Assembly: GCA_963558405.1 (NCBI GenBank)
Contig: CAUWGC010000001.1
Location: 100,718-164,717 of the forward strand
From: an uncultured Clostridia bacterium
GTDB lineage: Bacteria > Bacillota > Clostridia > TANB77 > CAG-508
Direction: 5' to 3'
DNA length: 64,000 nt
The translations under genes and the position numbers were made by a program. Shown here piece after piece: positions 11,218-21,857 of the stretch; the first letter of the stretch is position 1, and every line of letters starts with the position of its first letter. The notes under the pieces are model-generated. The model did not search any database. It was not told where the DNA came from and saw nothing but the letters and a program-made list of their open reading frames with translations.

Positions 11218-11775
11218 ATGAAATTATTAAATAAAATAGCATTAGTAGTATTTTCTAATTTAATATTATTGTTAAGCATTGCAATCTGCTTAATGATATT
11301 TGGATGGTTAGACCCAGTATTAGTAACTGGATTTTTTGAATATATAACCTCAATGCCAACAGTTTCTACTGTTACATTAGTGGTTTGTATAATATTAATG
11401 TTACTTTCAATAAAATGTATTTTCTTTGATGGAAATGATAAAAATGACTTTGCAAATAAAGATGGAATTTTACTTGCAAATCAAGACGGTAAATTATTAA
11501 TATCTAAAGAAACTTTAGAAAATTTAATAATTAATGTTGTAAGAAAAGTTGCAGATGCACAAAATGCACAAACCAAAGTTATTTTTGATAAAGAAAATAA
11601 TATTATTGTATATTTAACTCTTTTTATTGAACAAGGTACAGTAATTAAAGAATTGTCTTTAAATTTACAAAATAAAATTAAAGAAGAAGTAAAAAAAGCT
11701 TCTGATTTAGAGGTTAAAGAAGTAAATATTACAGTAAAAGATATGGCCCCTATTGAAGAAAAGAAAGTGCAATAA
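11218..11775 (+). CDS. amaP: Alkaline shock response membrane anchor AmaP
   Basis: Two N-terminal TMs, DGKLLISKETLENL; asp23 operon context. Confidence 0.8.
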   Translation: MKLLNKIALVVFSNLILLLSIAICLMIFGWLDPVLVTGFFEYITSMPTVSTVTLVVCIILMLLSIKCIFFDGNDKNDFANKDGILLANQDGKLLISKETLENLIINVVRKVADAQNAQTKVIFDKENNIIVYLTLFIEQGTVIKELSLNLQNKIKEEVKKASDLEVKEVNITVKDMAPIEEKKVQ

Positions 11776-11796
11776 TCAAGAAAGGATGTAAAAATT

Positions 11797-12000
11797 ATGG
11801 ATGGATTTAAAGATTTTATGAATAATTATGGTGGAGCCATAATAGGAGCAATTATTGCAATTTTAATCCTATGTACACAATTATACCAATTAATTATATG
11901 GATTATATTAATTTGCATAGGAATTTATATAGGAAATTATGTTCAGCATAATAAATACGAAGTAAAAGAAAAATTAAAAAAATTTATAGATAAATTATAA
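11797..12000 (+). CDS. DUF2273-like small membrane protein
   Basis: GAIIGAIIAILIL...IGIYIG; asp23-amaP-DUF2273-nusB synteny. Confidence 0.75.
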   Translation: MDGFKDFMNNYGGAIIGAIIAILILCTQLYQLIIWIILICIGIYIGNYVQHNKYEVKEKLKKFIDKL

Positions 12001-12029
12001 TAATCAAATAAAGCTAAAGGGGAAGAAAT

Positions 12030-12446
12030 ATGAGTATATCATCTATGAGAGAAATGGCGTTTAAGTGCGTATACAGTCAAGAAATACAAAAAGAAGAAAT
12101 TGCACAAGACTATATAGAATTGTTTTTTAATGCAGAGGAAATAAATGATAAAAATGTAAAAAAATACATAAAAGAAATAGTAAATGGGATTGAAACAAAT
12201 AAAGAAGACATTATATCACTAATTTCAAATAATCTTAAAAAAGATTGGAATATAAATAGAATTTCAAAAATTGATTTAGCTCTATTAAAAATTGCAATAT
12301 ATGAAATAAATTACAAAAAGATAGAATATAAAATTATTATTAACGAGGTTGTAGAATTAGCAAAAAAATATGGAACACAAAATTCTTATAACTTTATTAA
12401 TGGTGTTTTAGCAAGTATTGTAAAGGAGCAAAATAATGAAGTATGA
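12030..12446 (+). CDS. nusB: Transcription antitermination factor NusB
   Basis: [38 protein letters not shown]. Confidence 0.93.
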   Translation: MSISSMREMAFKCVYSQEIQKEEIAQDYIELFFNAEEINDKNVKKYIKEIVNGIETNKEDIISLISNNLKKDWNINRISKIDLALLKIAIYEINYKKIEYKIIINEVVELAKKYGTQNSYNFINGVLASIVKEQNNEV

Positions 12447-13623
12447 ACCAATTAGTGTAACCGAACTTAATAAATACATAAAAGAAAAAATAGGAACAGA
12501 TGAATTTTTAAATAATGTATTAATAAAAGGTGAAATTTCTAACTTTAAAAATCACTATACAGGTCATATGTATTTTACATTAAAGGATGAATCTTCTCTT
12601 ATAAAATGTATTATGTTTAAATCATATACTTCTAATTTAAAATTTATGCCCAAAGATGGAATGAAAGTAATGGTTTTTGGAACTGTTTCTGTATTCGAAA
12701 GAGATGGTATATATCAAGTGTATGTTAAAGCAATGCAAGAAGAAGGAATGGGGAGTTTATATACTGCTTATGAAGAACTAAAAGCTAAATTGGAAAAAGA
12801 AGGATTGTTTTCAAATTCACATAAAAAGAGAATACCATTTATGCCTAAAAGTATAGGTGTTTTAACATCTAATACTGGTGCAGTTATTAGAGATATAATA
12901 AATGTATCAACCAGAAGAAATCCAAATGTATATATAAAACTATTTCCAGTACCTGTACAGGGAGAAGGAGCTGGAGAAAAAATTGCAGAAGCAATTAAAA
13001 TAATGAATAAAGAAAATAGTGTAGATGTTCTTATTATAGCTAGAGGTGGAGGATCCTTAGAAGATTTATGGCCATTTAATGAAGAAATAGTAGCAAGAGC
13101 AATATATTCATCAGATTTACCAATTATTTCAGCAGTAGGACATGAAACTGATTTTACAATAGCAGACTTTGTAGCAGATTTAAGAGCACCAACACCTTCT
13201 GCAGCAGCTGAATTAGCAGTTCCAGATATAAAAGAAGTAAAAATGAAATTAGAAAATTATGAAAGTAGATGTAAAATTTCATTAAAAAAGAAAATAGAAC
13301 TAATGCATTTACGCTATGAAAAATGTATGGCTAGTAGAGTATTCAAAGAACCACTACAAAAAATAAATGAATTGTATATTAGCATTGATATGAAAATTAA
13401 GTCTATGGAAAGTAGTATTACAAATACTTTACAAAATTCACAAAAAAATGCTGCTAAAATAATTGCTAAGCTAGATACTCTAAGTCCACTAAAAACATTA
13501 ACAAGAGGGTATTGTATAACACAAAAAAATGGAAAAGTAATTAATAAAGCAGAAAGTTTAAAAAAAGAAGATGAAATATCAATTTTATTTTGTGATGGAG
13601 AAAAAAAAGCAAAAGTATTATAA
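12436..13623 (+). CDS. xseA: Exodeoxyribonuclease VII large subunit
   Basis: [42 protein letters not shown]. Confidence 0.96.
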   Translation: MKYEPISVTELNKYIKEKIGTDEFLNNVLIKGEISNFKNHYTGHMYFTLKDESSLIKCIMFKSYTSNLKFMPKDGMKVMVFGTVSVFERDGIYQVYVKAMQEEGMGSLYTAYEELKAKLEKEGLFSNSHKKRIPFMPKSIGVLTSNTGAVIRDIINVSTRRNPNVYIKLFPVPVQGEGAGEKIAEAIKIMNKENSVDVLIIARGGGSLEDLWPFNEEIVARAIYSSDLPIISAVGHETDFTIADFVADLRAPTPSAAAELAVPDIKEVKMKLENYESRCKISLKKKIELMHLRYEKCMASRVFKEPLQKINELYISIDMKIKSMESSITNTLQNSQKNAAKIIAKLDTLSPLKTLTRGYCITQKNGKVINKAESLKKEDEISILFCDGEKKAKVL

Positions 13624-13664
13624 AGTTACAAAATAATATGTATTAAACAGGTTGGGGGATAATA

Positions 13665-13898
13665 ATGGAAAGTAAAGAAATGAATTTTGAAGAAGCAATG
13701 CAAGAATTAGAAAAAATTACAAGAGAATTAGAAAAAGGCGATTTGAGTTTAGATGAATCTGTAAAAAAGTTTGAAAAAGGGATGGAAGTATCTAAAAGGT
13801 GCAATGAAATATTAGAAAATGCAGAAAAAAAGATAACAATTTTAATAAAAAAAGACGATGAATATGTGGAAGAAAATTTCATACCAGATGATAAATAA
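13665..13898 (+). CDS. xseB: Exodeoxyribonuclease VII small subunit
   Basis: FEEAMQELEKITRELEKGDLSLDES...FEKG. Confidence 0.95.
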   Translation: MESKEMNFEEAMQELEKITRELEKGDLSLDESVKKFEKGMEVSKRCNEILENAEKKITILIKKDDEYVEENFIPDDK

Positions 13899-13926
13899 AT
13901 TATAAATAAAAGGGGAAAATTGATAA

Positions 13927-14367
13927 ATGGAAATTTTAAATCAACTTATCAGTAACAAATATATAATTGTTCCATTTGTACTTTGGTTTTGCATACAATT
14001 TTTTAAAGTTATATGGGACTTAGTTGCAACAAAAAAGTTTAATTTCAAGCGAATTATGGGAGCAGGAGGAATGCCAAGTTCTCATACTGCTATAGTAGTA
14101 TCTTTGGCAGTTATGATAGGAAAGTCAGAAGGATTTAATACACCAATATTTGCATTGGCACTTATCTTTTCATTTGTAGTAATGTATGATGCTGCTGGAA
14201 TACGTAGAGCAGCAGGAAAACAAGCAAAACTTTTAAATAAATTAATAGAAACTCCTGGATTGACAGGTGTTCAAGTTTCAGAAAAATTAGTAGAAGTATT
14301 AGGACATACACCTACACAAGTTATTGTTGGTGCAATTATTGGAATAATAGTAGGATTTATATTCTAA
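13927..14367 (+). CDS. Divergent PAP2 family protein (YuiD/DUF212-like)
   Basis: GGMPSSH, VMYDAAGIRRAAGKQA, LGHTP.QV. Confidence 0.9.
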   Translation: MEILNQLISNKYIIVPFVLWFCIQFFKVIWDLVATKKFNFKRIMGAGGMPSSHTAIVVSLAVMIGKSEGFNTPIFALALIFSFVVMYDAAGIRRAAGKQAKLLNKLIETPGLTGVQVSEKLVEVLGHTPTQVIVGAIIGIIVGFIF

Positions 14368-14388
14368 AATATAAAAGGGGGAATTTTA

Positions 14389-16051
14389 ATGCAAGATATT
14401 GATATTGCAAGAAATGCAAAATTAAAACCAATTGTTCAAATAGCAAAAAAACTAGGAATTGAAGAGTCAGATATAGAGCAATATGGAAAATATAAGGCTA
14501 AAATTCCTACAAAATTATATGATAATTTAAAAGAAAATAAAAATGGAAAATTAATATTAGTAACAGCTATAAATCCTACTCCACTAGGAGAAGGAAAAAC
14601 TACTATGGCCATCCGGATTAGCAGATGGATTACAAAGTATCGGAAAAAAAGCAATATTAGCACTAAGGGAGCCATCTTTGGGACCAGTATTTGGAATAAA
14701 AGGTGGAGCTACTGGAGGTGGATTTGCACAAATAGCACCAATGGAAGATATAAATTTGCATTTTACAGGAGATATTCATGCAATTACTTCTGCAAATAAC
14801 CTATTATCAGCTCTAATAGATAATCATATTTATTTTGGAAATGAATTACAAATAAAAAAAGTAACATGGAAACGATGTTTAGATTTAAATGATAGACAAT
14901 TAAGAAAAGTAAATACTGGATTATCAGAAGAAAAAAATATAGTTCCTAGAGAAGATGGTTTTGATATTTCTGTAGCTTCTGAAATTATGGCTATATTCTG
15001 TTTAGCAACTGACTTACAGGATTTAAAAAGGAGATTAGGAAATATTGTAATAGGATACAATCAAAATGGAGAAGTAGTTACTGCTAGAGATTTAAAAGCA
15101 GAAGGTAGTTTAGTAGCTTTATTAAAAGATGCTTTTTCTCCTAATTTGGTACAAACATTGGAAAATACACCTGCTATAGTACATGGAGGTCCTTTTGCAA
15201 ATATAGCACATGGATGTAATAGTATTATAGCAACAAATATGGCTTTAAAATTGGGAGAATATGTTATAACAGAGGCTGGATTTGGAGCAGATTTGGGAGC
15301 AGAAAAATTTTTAGATATAAAATGCAGAAAAGCAAATATAAAACCAGATGCAGTTGTATGTGTGGCAACAATAAAGGCACTTAAATATCATGGTGGAGCA
15401 AAAAAGGAAGAAATAGAGCAAGAAAACTTAGAAGCATTAACAAGAGGAATAAAAAATCTAGAAAAGCATATTGATAACCTAAAAAATAAATTTGGATTAA
15501 ATGTAATTGTTGCAATTAATCGTTATACAAAAGATACAGAAAATGAAATTGAATTATTAAAAAATAAATTAAAAGAAAAAGATATAAATTTAAGTTTAGT
15601 TGAAGCATGGGCAAAGGGAAGTAATGGTACAAAAGATTTAGCAAATCAAGTGGTACAATTATGTACACAATCTTCTAAATTAAACTATATGTACTCTTTA
15701 GAAGACAGTATAAAAGAAAAAATAGAAAAGGTTTCAAAAGAAATCTACGGAGCAAAAAGTGTAATATATACAGAAGAAGCAGAAGAGGAAATAAAAAACA
15801 TTACCAAATTAGGATTTGATAAATTACCAATATGTATTGCTAAAACACAATACTCTTTATCAGATGATCCAAAAAATCTAGAGATAAATGAACCTTTCTC
15901 AATCACAGTTAAAAATGTTGTACTAAAAGCTGGAGCTGAATTTATAGTAGTACTAACTGGAAAGATAATGACAATGCCTGGATTACCAAAAATTCCAGCA
16001 GCAGAGCAAATAGATATAGACAAAGAAGGAAATATAGTAGGAATTTTTTAA
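14389..16051 (+). CDS. fhs: Formate--tetrahydrofolate ligase, one gene with a +1 shift at CGG 14614
   Basis: TAINPTPLGEGKTTMAI in frame 0; skipping C14614 gives GLADGLQSIGKKAILALREPSLGPVFGIKGGATGGG and a full 553-aa protein. Confidence 0.92.
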
Positions 16052-16125
16052 AAATTGTATAGAAAGTCTATTTTTGGAGAAAATACTAATAAAATTTAAG
16101 TGTTTTTGAAAAAGGTGGGCTTTTT

Positions 16126-16827
16126 ATGATGAAAAAAATAAGAGATAACAAGGGAAAAGTTTTAGCGTTTTTTATACTCACAGTACTATCAATAGGAATT
16201 GCTTTTAGCCTTATATTTGTTACAAATAATAAGGTTGAAGCATTATCTAAGTATGGTTCAAGAGGTAGTGAAGTAACTCAAATCCAAACAAAATTAAAAA
16301 GATGGGGATATTATAAAGGAAATATTGACGGAATTTATGGAAGCCAAACAGTTGAAGCAGTAAAATACTTTCAAAGAAAAAATGGATTAGCAGTAGATGG
16401 AATAGCTGGAAAACAAACACTTGAAGCAATGGGAATATTTAATTCTTCAAACAATACAGGAAGTTCAGGAAATAATAGTAGTGATTTAAATTTATTAACA
16501 AGATTAGTATATGGAGAAGCAAGAGGAGAAAGTTATACAGGACAAGTAGCAGTAGCTGCAGTTGTGTTAAATAGAGTAAAAAGTAGTTCTTTTCCAAATA
16601 CAATCTCTGGAGTAATTTATCAATCTGGAGCATTTGATGCTGTAAAAGATGGACAAATTAATTTAACACCTAATAGTACAGCAAAGAAAGCTGCACAAGA
16701 TGCTTTAAATGGATGGGATCCATCATATGGAGCACTTTACTATTTTAATCCTAAAACTGCAACAAATAAATGGATATGGTCAAGACCAATGACAGTAACT
16801 ATAGGTAATCATAGATTTTGTAAATAA
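16126..16827 (+). CDS. sleB: Spore cortex-lytic enzyme
   Basis: Signal peptide, PG-binding domain (DGIYGSQT, DGIAG), Hydrolase_2 motif GEARGESYTGQVAVAAVVLNRV. Confidence 0.92.
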   Translation: MMKKIRDNKGKVLAFFILTVLSIGIAFSLIFVTNNKVEALSKYGSRGSEVTQIQTKLKRWGYYKGNIDGIYGSQTVEAVKYFQRKNGLAVDGIAGKQTLEAMGIFNSSNNTGSSGNNSSDLNLLTRLVYGEARGESYTGQVAVAAVVLNRVKSSSFPNTISGVIYQSGAFDAVKDGQINLTPNSTAKKAAQDALNGWDPSYGALYYFNPKTATNKWIWSRPMTVTIGNHRFCK

Positions 16828-17034
16828 AAATATAAAGATAATATCACTTTAAATGCGTGATATTATCTTTTTTTAAATTAAATAATATAAATTTAATTGA
16901 ATATAAATGGAAATGTAGCAAATAAAAAATGCAAGTTGACATTTTAGTGTACAATTGATATAGTTTGCAAATAAAACAATTGACAAATTTGTAACATATT
17001 GATATTATAAAGCTATAAAAAATGGGAGGAATAT

Positions 17035-17535
17035 ATGTTTTTTTATCCTAAAGAATATTTAGAAAATGTACGAGAAGTAACACTTGAATTATTAAAACAA
17101 AATAATATTAAAGGTTTAATATTAGATATGGATAATACAATTATAGATTATTATAAAAACTTACCAGAAGAAACAATAAAGTGGTGTGAAAGTTTAAAAA
17201 ATAATGGTATAAAAATGTGTATATTATCCAATAGCAATAAAAAAGATAAAGTAAATATGGTGGCAAATAAATTAAAATTACCATATATTAATTTTGCACT
17301 AAAACCATTTAAAGGTGGTTTTAAAAAGGCAAAAAAAATGTTAGAATTAGAAAATAATGAAATTGCAGTGATTGGTGATCAAATATTTACAGACGTATTA
17401 GGTGCTAATAGAATGAAAATGTTTTCTATTTTAGTAAAACCAATAAAAGAAAAAGATATATGGATTACTATTTTAAAAAGACCAATAGAAAATTTTATAA
17501 TAAATAATTATTTAAAACAAAAAAATAAAAAGTGA
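17035..17535 (+). CDS. yqeG: YqeG-family HAD IIIA phosphatase
   Basis: LDMDNT, LSN, KP, IGDQIFTDVLGANR. Confidence 0.9.
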   Translation: MFFYPKEYLENVREVTLELLKQNNIKGLILDMDNTIIDYYKNLPEETIKWCESLKNNGIKMCILSNSNKKDKVNMVANKLKLPYINFALKPFKGGFKKAKKMLELENNEIAVIGDQIFTDVLGANRMKMFSILVKPIKEKDIWITILKRPIENFIINNYLKQKNKK

Positions 17536-17553
17536 TAAGAGAGGAAAAAGCAA

Positions 17554-18300
17554 ATGTATTTGAATGATGTTCATATTATGTATTATGTATTAATAGGGTT
17601 AATAGGGTTATTAGTGGGGCAATTTACAGATTGGTGTAATAAAAGATTACCAGAGTATAAAAAAATATTTACAAAAGAAATTTTTGAAGAATATAAAAAA
17701 ATTTGTAAACCAAATTATATATTAATGATAATAACAGCAATTATTTATATAGTATTATTATATGTTTTTGGAATTAATGATACATTAATGGGAAATATAA
17801 AATTAATTAAATATCTTATACTTACACCAATGTTATTATCTGTTGTGGTAATTGATTATAAACTTCAAATTATACCAAACCGTTTAAATTTAACAATGTT
17901 TGAAATTGGAATCTTATTTGTCTTTTTACAAGGAATGGAAAGTACTAATATAGCAATTGATGGATTATTAGGAATGATTGTAGGAGGCGGTATCTTCTTA
18001 TTTATTACTCTAATTGGAGGATTAATTGCAGGAAAAGAAGCAATGGGATTAGGTGATGTAAAACTAATGGGAGCATTGGGACTTTTCTTTGGATGGGTAG
18101 ATATGCTTATTATATCTGTACTTGCTTTCTTAATTGGAGCAATTTTAAGTATTATATTAATAGCAACTAAAAAGAAAAAAACAGATGAATATATTCCATT
18201 TGGACCATTTATAGTAATTGGAACTTTTTTAGTAATGTTTATAAAATCTAGTTATTTAATACCAATTTTATTAGAAATTTTTACATTAGGAATGTATTAA
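17554..18300 (+). CDS. Prepilin peptidase (A24)
   Basis: IDYKLQIIPN, MGLGDVKL, IPFGPF. Confidence 0.88.
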   Translation: MYLNDVHIMYYVLIGLIGLLVGQFTDWCNKRLPEYKKIFTKEIFEEYKKICKPNYILMIITAIIYIVLLYVFGINDTLMGNIKLIKYLILTPMLLSVVVIDYKLQIIPNRLNLTMFEIGILFVFLQGMESTNIAIDGLLGMIVGGGIFLFITLIGGLIAGKEAMGLGDVKLMGALGLFFGWVDMLIISVLAFLIGAILSIILIATKKKKTDEYIPFGPFIVIGTFLVMFIKSSYLIPILLEIFTLGMY

Positions 18301-18327
18301 TAATAACCTTAAAAGGGGTGAAAATCT

Positions 18328-19395
18328 ATGAACTTAAAAATCAAATGTCTTAGAGGAAAACTAGAAGGAAAAAATATGCAAGGTATGATTATTACAAATC
18401 CTACTAACATTAGATATTTAACAGGAATTACAGCAGAAGGCATTTTACTAATTACTCGTAAAGAAAATATTTTTATAACAGATGCAAGATATATAGAGGC
18501 AGTAAATAGTACTTTAACTATTGATGATGATGTTATTGTATATGATGTGGCAGACATATCAAAAGAAGATTATGAAAATTTTTTTCTATTTTGTGAAAAT
18601 GTAGGATTTGAAGAAAATCATGTTACATATGCAAAGTACAAAGAATATATGCATAAATATATAATAAATAATTTTGAAGAAACAGAAGAGTTAATAGAAA
18701 AGCAAAGAGTAATAAAGGATGAACAAGAAATAGAAAAAATAAAAAAAGCATGCAAAATAACAGATGATTGTTTTAAATATTTATTAGATTATATAAAAAT
18801 AGGAAAAACAGAAAAAGAAATAGCATTTGAAATTCAAAAATATTTTAAAACACATGGTGCAGAAAAAGAAGCATTTGATACAATAGTAGCATCAGGACCA
18901 AACTCTTCTAAGCCTCATGCTGTTCCAACTGATAGAGAAATTACATACGGAGATTCTATTACTATTGACATGGGTTGTGTATATGAAGGATACTGCTCAG
19001 ATATGACAAGAACTATTTTTATGGGAGAGCCTAATGAAAAAGTAAAAAAAGTATATGACTTAGTATTAAAAAATCAGTTACAAACATTAAAAGATTTAAA
19101 AGAAGGTGCAAATTTAAAAATACTTTCAAAAATGGTAGATAATGATTTTAAAATAAATGGATATAGTCTTGTTCATGCTTTAGGTCATGGCGTTGGATTA
19201 GAAATACATGAAAATCCATTTTTTAGTATGTATAAAGATCTTTTACTAAAAGAAAATATGATTGTAACAAACGAACCAGGTATATATATACCAAATGAAT
19301 TTGGTATAAGAATTGAAGATACCGTATTAATTACAAAATCTGGTTGTATAAATTTAACAGAATCTGAGAAAAATTATATTATATTAAAAGAATAA
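18328..19395 (+). CDS. Xaa-Pro aminopeptidase (M24)
   Basis: GYCSDMTRT, HALGHGVGLEIHE, EPGIY, GIRIED; upstream of efp. Confidence 0.92.
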   Translation: MNLKIKCLRGKLEGKNMQGMIITNPTNIRYLTGITAEGILLITRKENIFITDARYIEAVNSTLTIDDDVIVYDVADISKEDYENFFLFCENVGFEENHVTYAKYKEYMHKYIINNFEETEELIEKQRVIKDEQEIEKIKKACKITDDCFKYLLDYIKIGKTEKEIAFEIQKYFKTHGAEKEAFDTIVASGPNSSKPHAVPTDREITYGDSITIDMGCVYEGYCSDMTRTIFMGEPNEKVKKVYDLVLKNQLQTLKDLKEGANLKILSKMVDNDFKINGYSLVHALGHGVGLEIHENPFFSMYKDLLLKENMIVTNEPGIYIPNEFGIRIEDTVLITKSGCINLTESEKNYIILKE

Positions 19396-19514
19396 TATTA
19401 AGTATTATATAATAAAAATAAATGATAAATATGAAAAGTACTTATAACTATTGATTTTTAGCCAAAAATATAGTAATATATATAAGATAGATTTATAATA
19501 TAGGAGGAATAATT

Positions 19515-20081
19515 ATGGCAGAAGTATATATGGCAGGAGATTTTAGAAATGGAACTACTTTCGAAATGGATGGAAACGTATATAAAGTAGTAGAATTTCA
19601 ACATGTAAAACCAGGAAAAGGAGCAGCTTTTGTTCGTACAAAATTAAAAAATGTAATAAATGGATCAGTTTTAGAAAAAACATTTAATCCATCTGAAAAA
19701 TATCCAGGAGCACAAATTGAAAAAAGAGATATGCAATATCTATATCAAGATGGAGATTTATATTATTTCATGGATAATGAAACATATGAACAAATGCCAC
19801 TTAATAAAGAACAAATAGGTGATAACTTAAAATTTATAAAAGAAAATATGAACGTAAAAATATTATCATACAAAGGTAATGTATTTGCAGTAGAACCACC
19901 AATGTTTGTTGAATTAGAAGTTACATATACTGAACCAGGATTTAGTGGAAATACAACTACAACAGCAGGTAAACCAGCAACACTAGAAAATGGATTTGAA
20001 ATTACAGTACCATTATTCGTAAATATAGGAGACGTTATTAGAATTGATACAAGAACAGGCGAATACATGGAAAGAATTTAA
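19515..20081 (+). CDS. efp: Elongation factor P
   Basis: [39 protein letters not shown]. Confidence 0.98.
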   Translation: MAEVYMAGDFRNGTTFEMDGNVYKVVEFQHVKPGKGAAFVRTKLKNVINGSVLEKTFNPSEKYPGAQIEKRDMQYLYQDGDLYYFMDNETYEQMPLNKEQIGDNLKFIKENMNVKILSYKGNVFAVEPPMFVELEVTYTEPGFSGNTTTTAGKPATLENGFEITVPLFVNIGDVIRIDTRTGEYMERI

Positions 20082-20102
20082 ATTTAGAAAGGAAAACATA
20101 TC

Positions 20103-20600
20103 ATGTCTGAATTAAATCAAAAATTTAGAAATATTGTTAAAGAAGTAGAAGAAAGAATTCAAAATAAGGAAGATGCAGAGTTTGTAAAACAAAAAATTTC
20201 TGAAATATCTATATTATTTTTAGATACCATTGACAGAATAACTGAAATGGGAGAACAAAAAATGAAAAAAATAGAAGAAAAACAAAAAGATTTAGAGGAA
20301 AAGTTAAATTCATTAGATTGTTCTTTATCTACAATAGAAAATGATATATATGAAAATGATTCTGATGATGAGAATTATGACTTTGAAATTGTTTGTCCAT
20401 ATTGCAATCATGAATTTACATGTGATATTGAAGCAAACGACAATGCCGAAGTACAATGTCCAGAATGTAAAAACATTATAGAATTAGACTGGAATGCAGA
20501 AGAAGATGGATGTGGAGATTGTTCATGTTGTGATTTTGATTGCAAAAATGCTAATATGGAAGAAGAACAAGAAAACAATCAAGAAGACGATGATATGTAA
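20103..20600 (+). CDS. CD1247-like zinc-ribbon protein
   Basis: Coiled coil, CPYC/CPEC and Cys-rich tail; typical neighbour of efp in clostridia. Confidence 0.7.
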   Translation: MSELNQKFRNIVKEVEERIQNKEDAEFVKQKISEISILFLDTIDRITEMGEQKMKKIEEKQKDLEEKLNSLDCSLSTIENDIYENDSDDENYDFEIVCPYCNHEFTCDIEANDNAEVQCPECKNIIELDWNAEEDGCGDCSCCDFDCKNANMEEEQENNQEDDDM

Positions 20601-20639
20601 TATAAATAAGAATTAAATCTAATAAATGTTATATATAGT

Positions 20640-20678
20640 AAAACCGATAATAAGTATTGATTTATTATCGGTTTTTTA
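20640..20678. terminator. Intrinsic terminator
   Basis: AAAACCGATAATAA...TTATTATCGGTTTT. Confidence 0.8.
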
Positions 20679-20697
20679 TTGTGAAAAATTATATGAA

Positions 20698-21312
20698 TTA
20701 TTTAAATAAAGAAATAGGATTTACCAATTCATCTTTTTTTCTAATAGTTAAATGAAGATGGGCTCCTGTGGTAGCACCATTAGTAGGCCTTCCATTACTA
20801 TCTTTATATGGGTTATTAGAAATTCCATATATATTTTTAGGACCTACATGAGCAATTACTTGACCTTTTTTTACAATATCACCAGGACTAACAATATAGT
20901 TTGGGGAAACATGACAATATGAAATGGAATAATCATTATTTTTTAGAGTAATTGTACACCCACCAGCACCACTAAATTTTGCCATTGTTATTTTTCCGTT
21001 AGTAATTGCAAGAAGAGGAGTACCAGTAGGAACTCCAATATCAATTCCACTATGATAAGTAGAAGCTCCCTTAGTAGGTGATTTTCTTTTTCCAAAAGGA
21101 GAAGTTATATTAGTATAACCTGGACATGGCCATAAAAATGAACTATCATTTAAATTAAAAGAGGAGTAATTAGAAGGAACTGAATAAGAAAAAGTAACAG
21201 AAGAATTATTAGAATAAATTATAATTGGAATAAAAAAGCATGATATAAAAATAAGAAAAAAAGTAATACTTAAGATAAAATAAAAAAGCCTATGAGATAA
21301 ATAAGATTGCAT
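20698..21312 (-). CDS. M23 metallopeptidase
   Basis: HSGIDIG, YCH, TGAHLHL; N-terminal TM. Confidence 0.88.
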   Translation of the reverse strand: MQSYLSHRLFYFILSITFFLIFISCFFIPIIIYSNNSSVTFSYSVPSNYSSFNLNDSSFLWPCPGYTNITSPFGKRKSPTKGASTYHSGIDIGVPTGTPLLAITNGKITMAKFSGAGGCTITLKNNDYSISYCHVSPNYIVSPGDIVKKGQVIAHVGPKNIYGISNNPYKDSNGRPTNGATTGAHLHLTIRKKDELVNPISLFK

Positions 21313-21354
21313 AAAACCTCCTTAAAACCCCCATTAGCTTTATTAATTTATATT

Positions 21355-21714
21355 TGGTGGAGATGAGGAGAGTCGAACTCCTGTCCAATCATCCTTCCAT
21401 ATGAACTTCTCCGAGTGCATTTTGTTATTTTTTATTTCTCTTTTAATTCGTTAACAAAAAAACAAATTAAAAAAGTATCCTTTAAAATACCCACTATTTT
21501 TAAGGAGAAAATAGTTTTGTTATCCTACTAATTTAAACACCTTATCAAAAACCGTAGGAAGTTTAAGAAAAGATGTGCCGCCAAACTTAGGCAGCGTATG
21601 CTAATTCTCTATTATCAGCGTTTATATTTATTTTCTCGTTTTTTAAGTGGCCAACGAGAATCCACTACTCGCTATTCATACTTCTAGAGGACTGTCGAAA
21701 CCAAATACATCCCC
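21355..21714 (-). ncRNA. ssrA: tmRNA
   Basis: Minus strand begins GGGGATGTATTTGGTTTCGAC and ends GGAGTTCGACTCTCCTCATCTCCACCA; internal tag frame GCT GAT AAT AGA GAA TTA GCA TAC GCT GCC TAA = (A)ADNRELAYAA. Confidence 0.95.
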
Positions 21715-21857
21715 ATATACAATAATATTATACAATACTTTAAATTATGTTGCAATAAAATTAAAAGAAAATATTTAACAAGTTACTAGTATTATTTTAA
21801 AATTAGTAACTTGCTAAATATTAAAGTTATAGAATATTTTACAATGAAATATAATTT

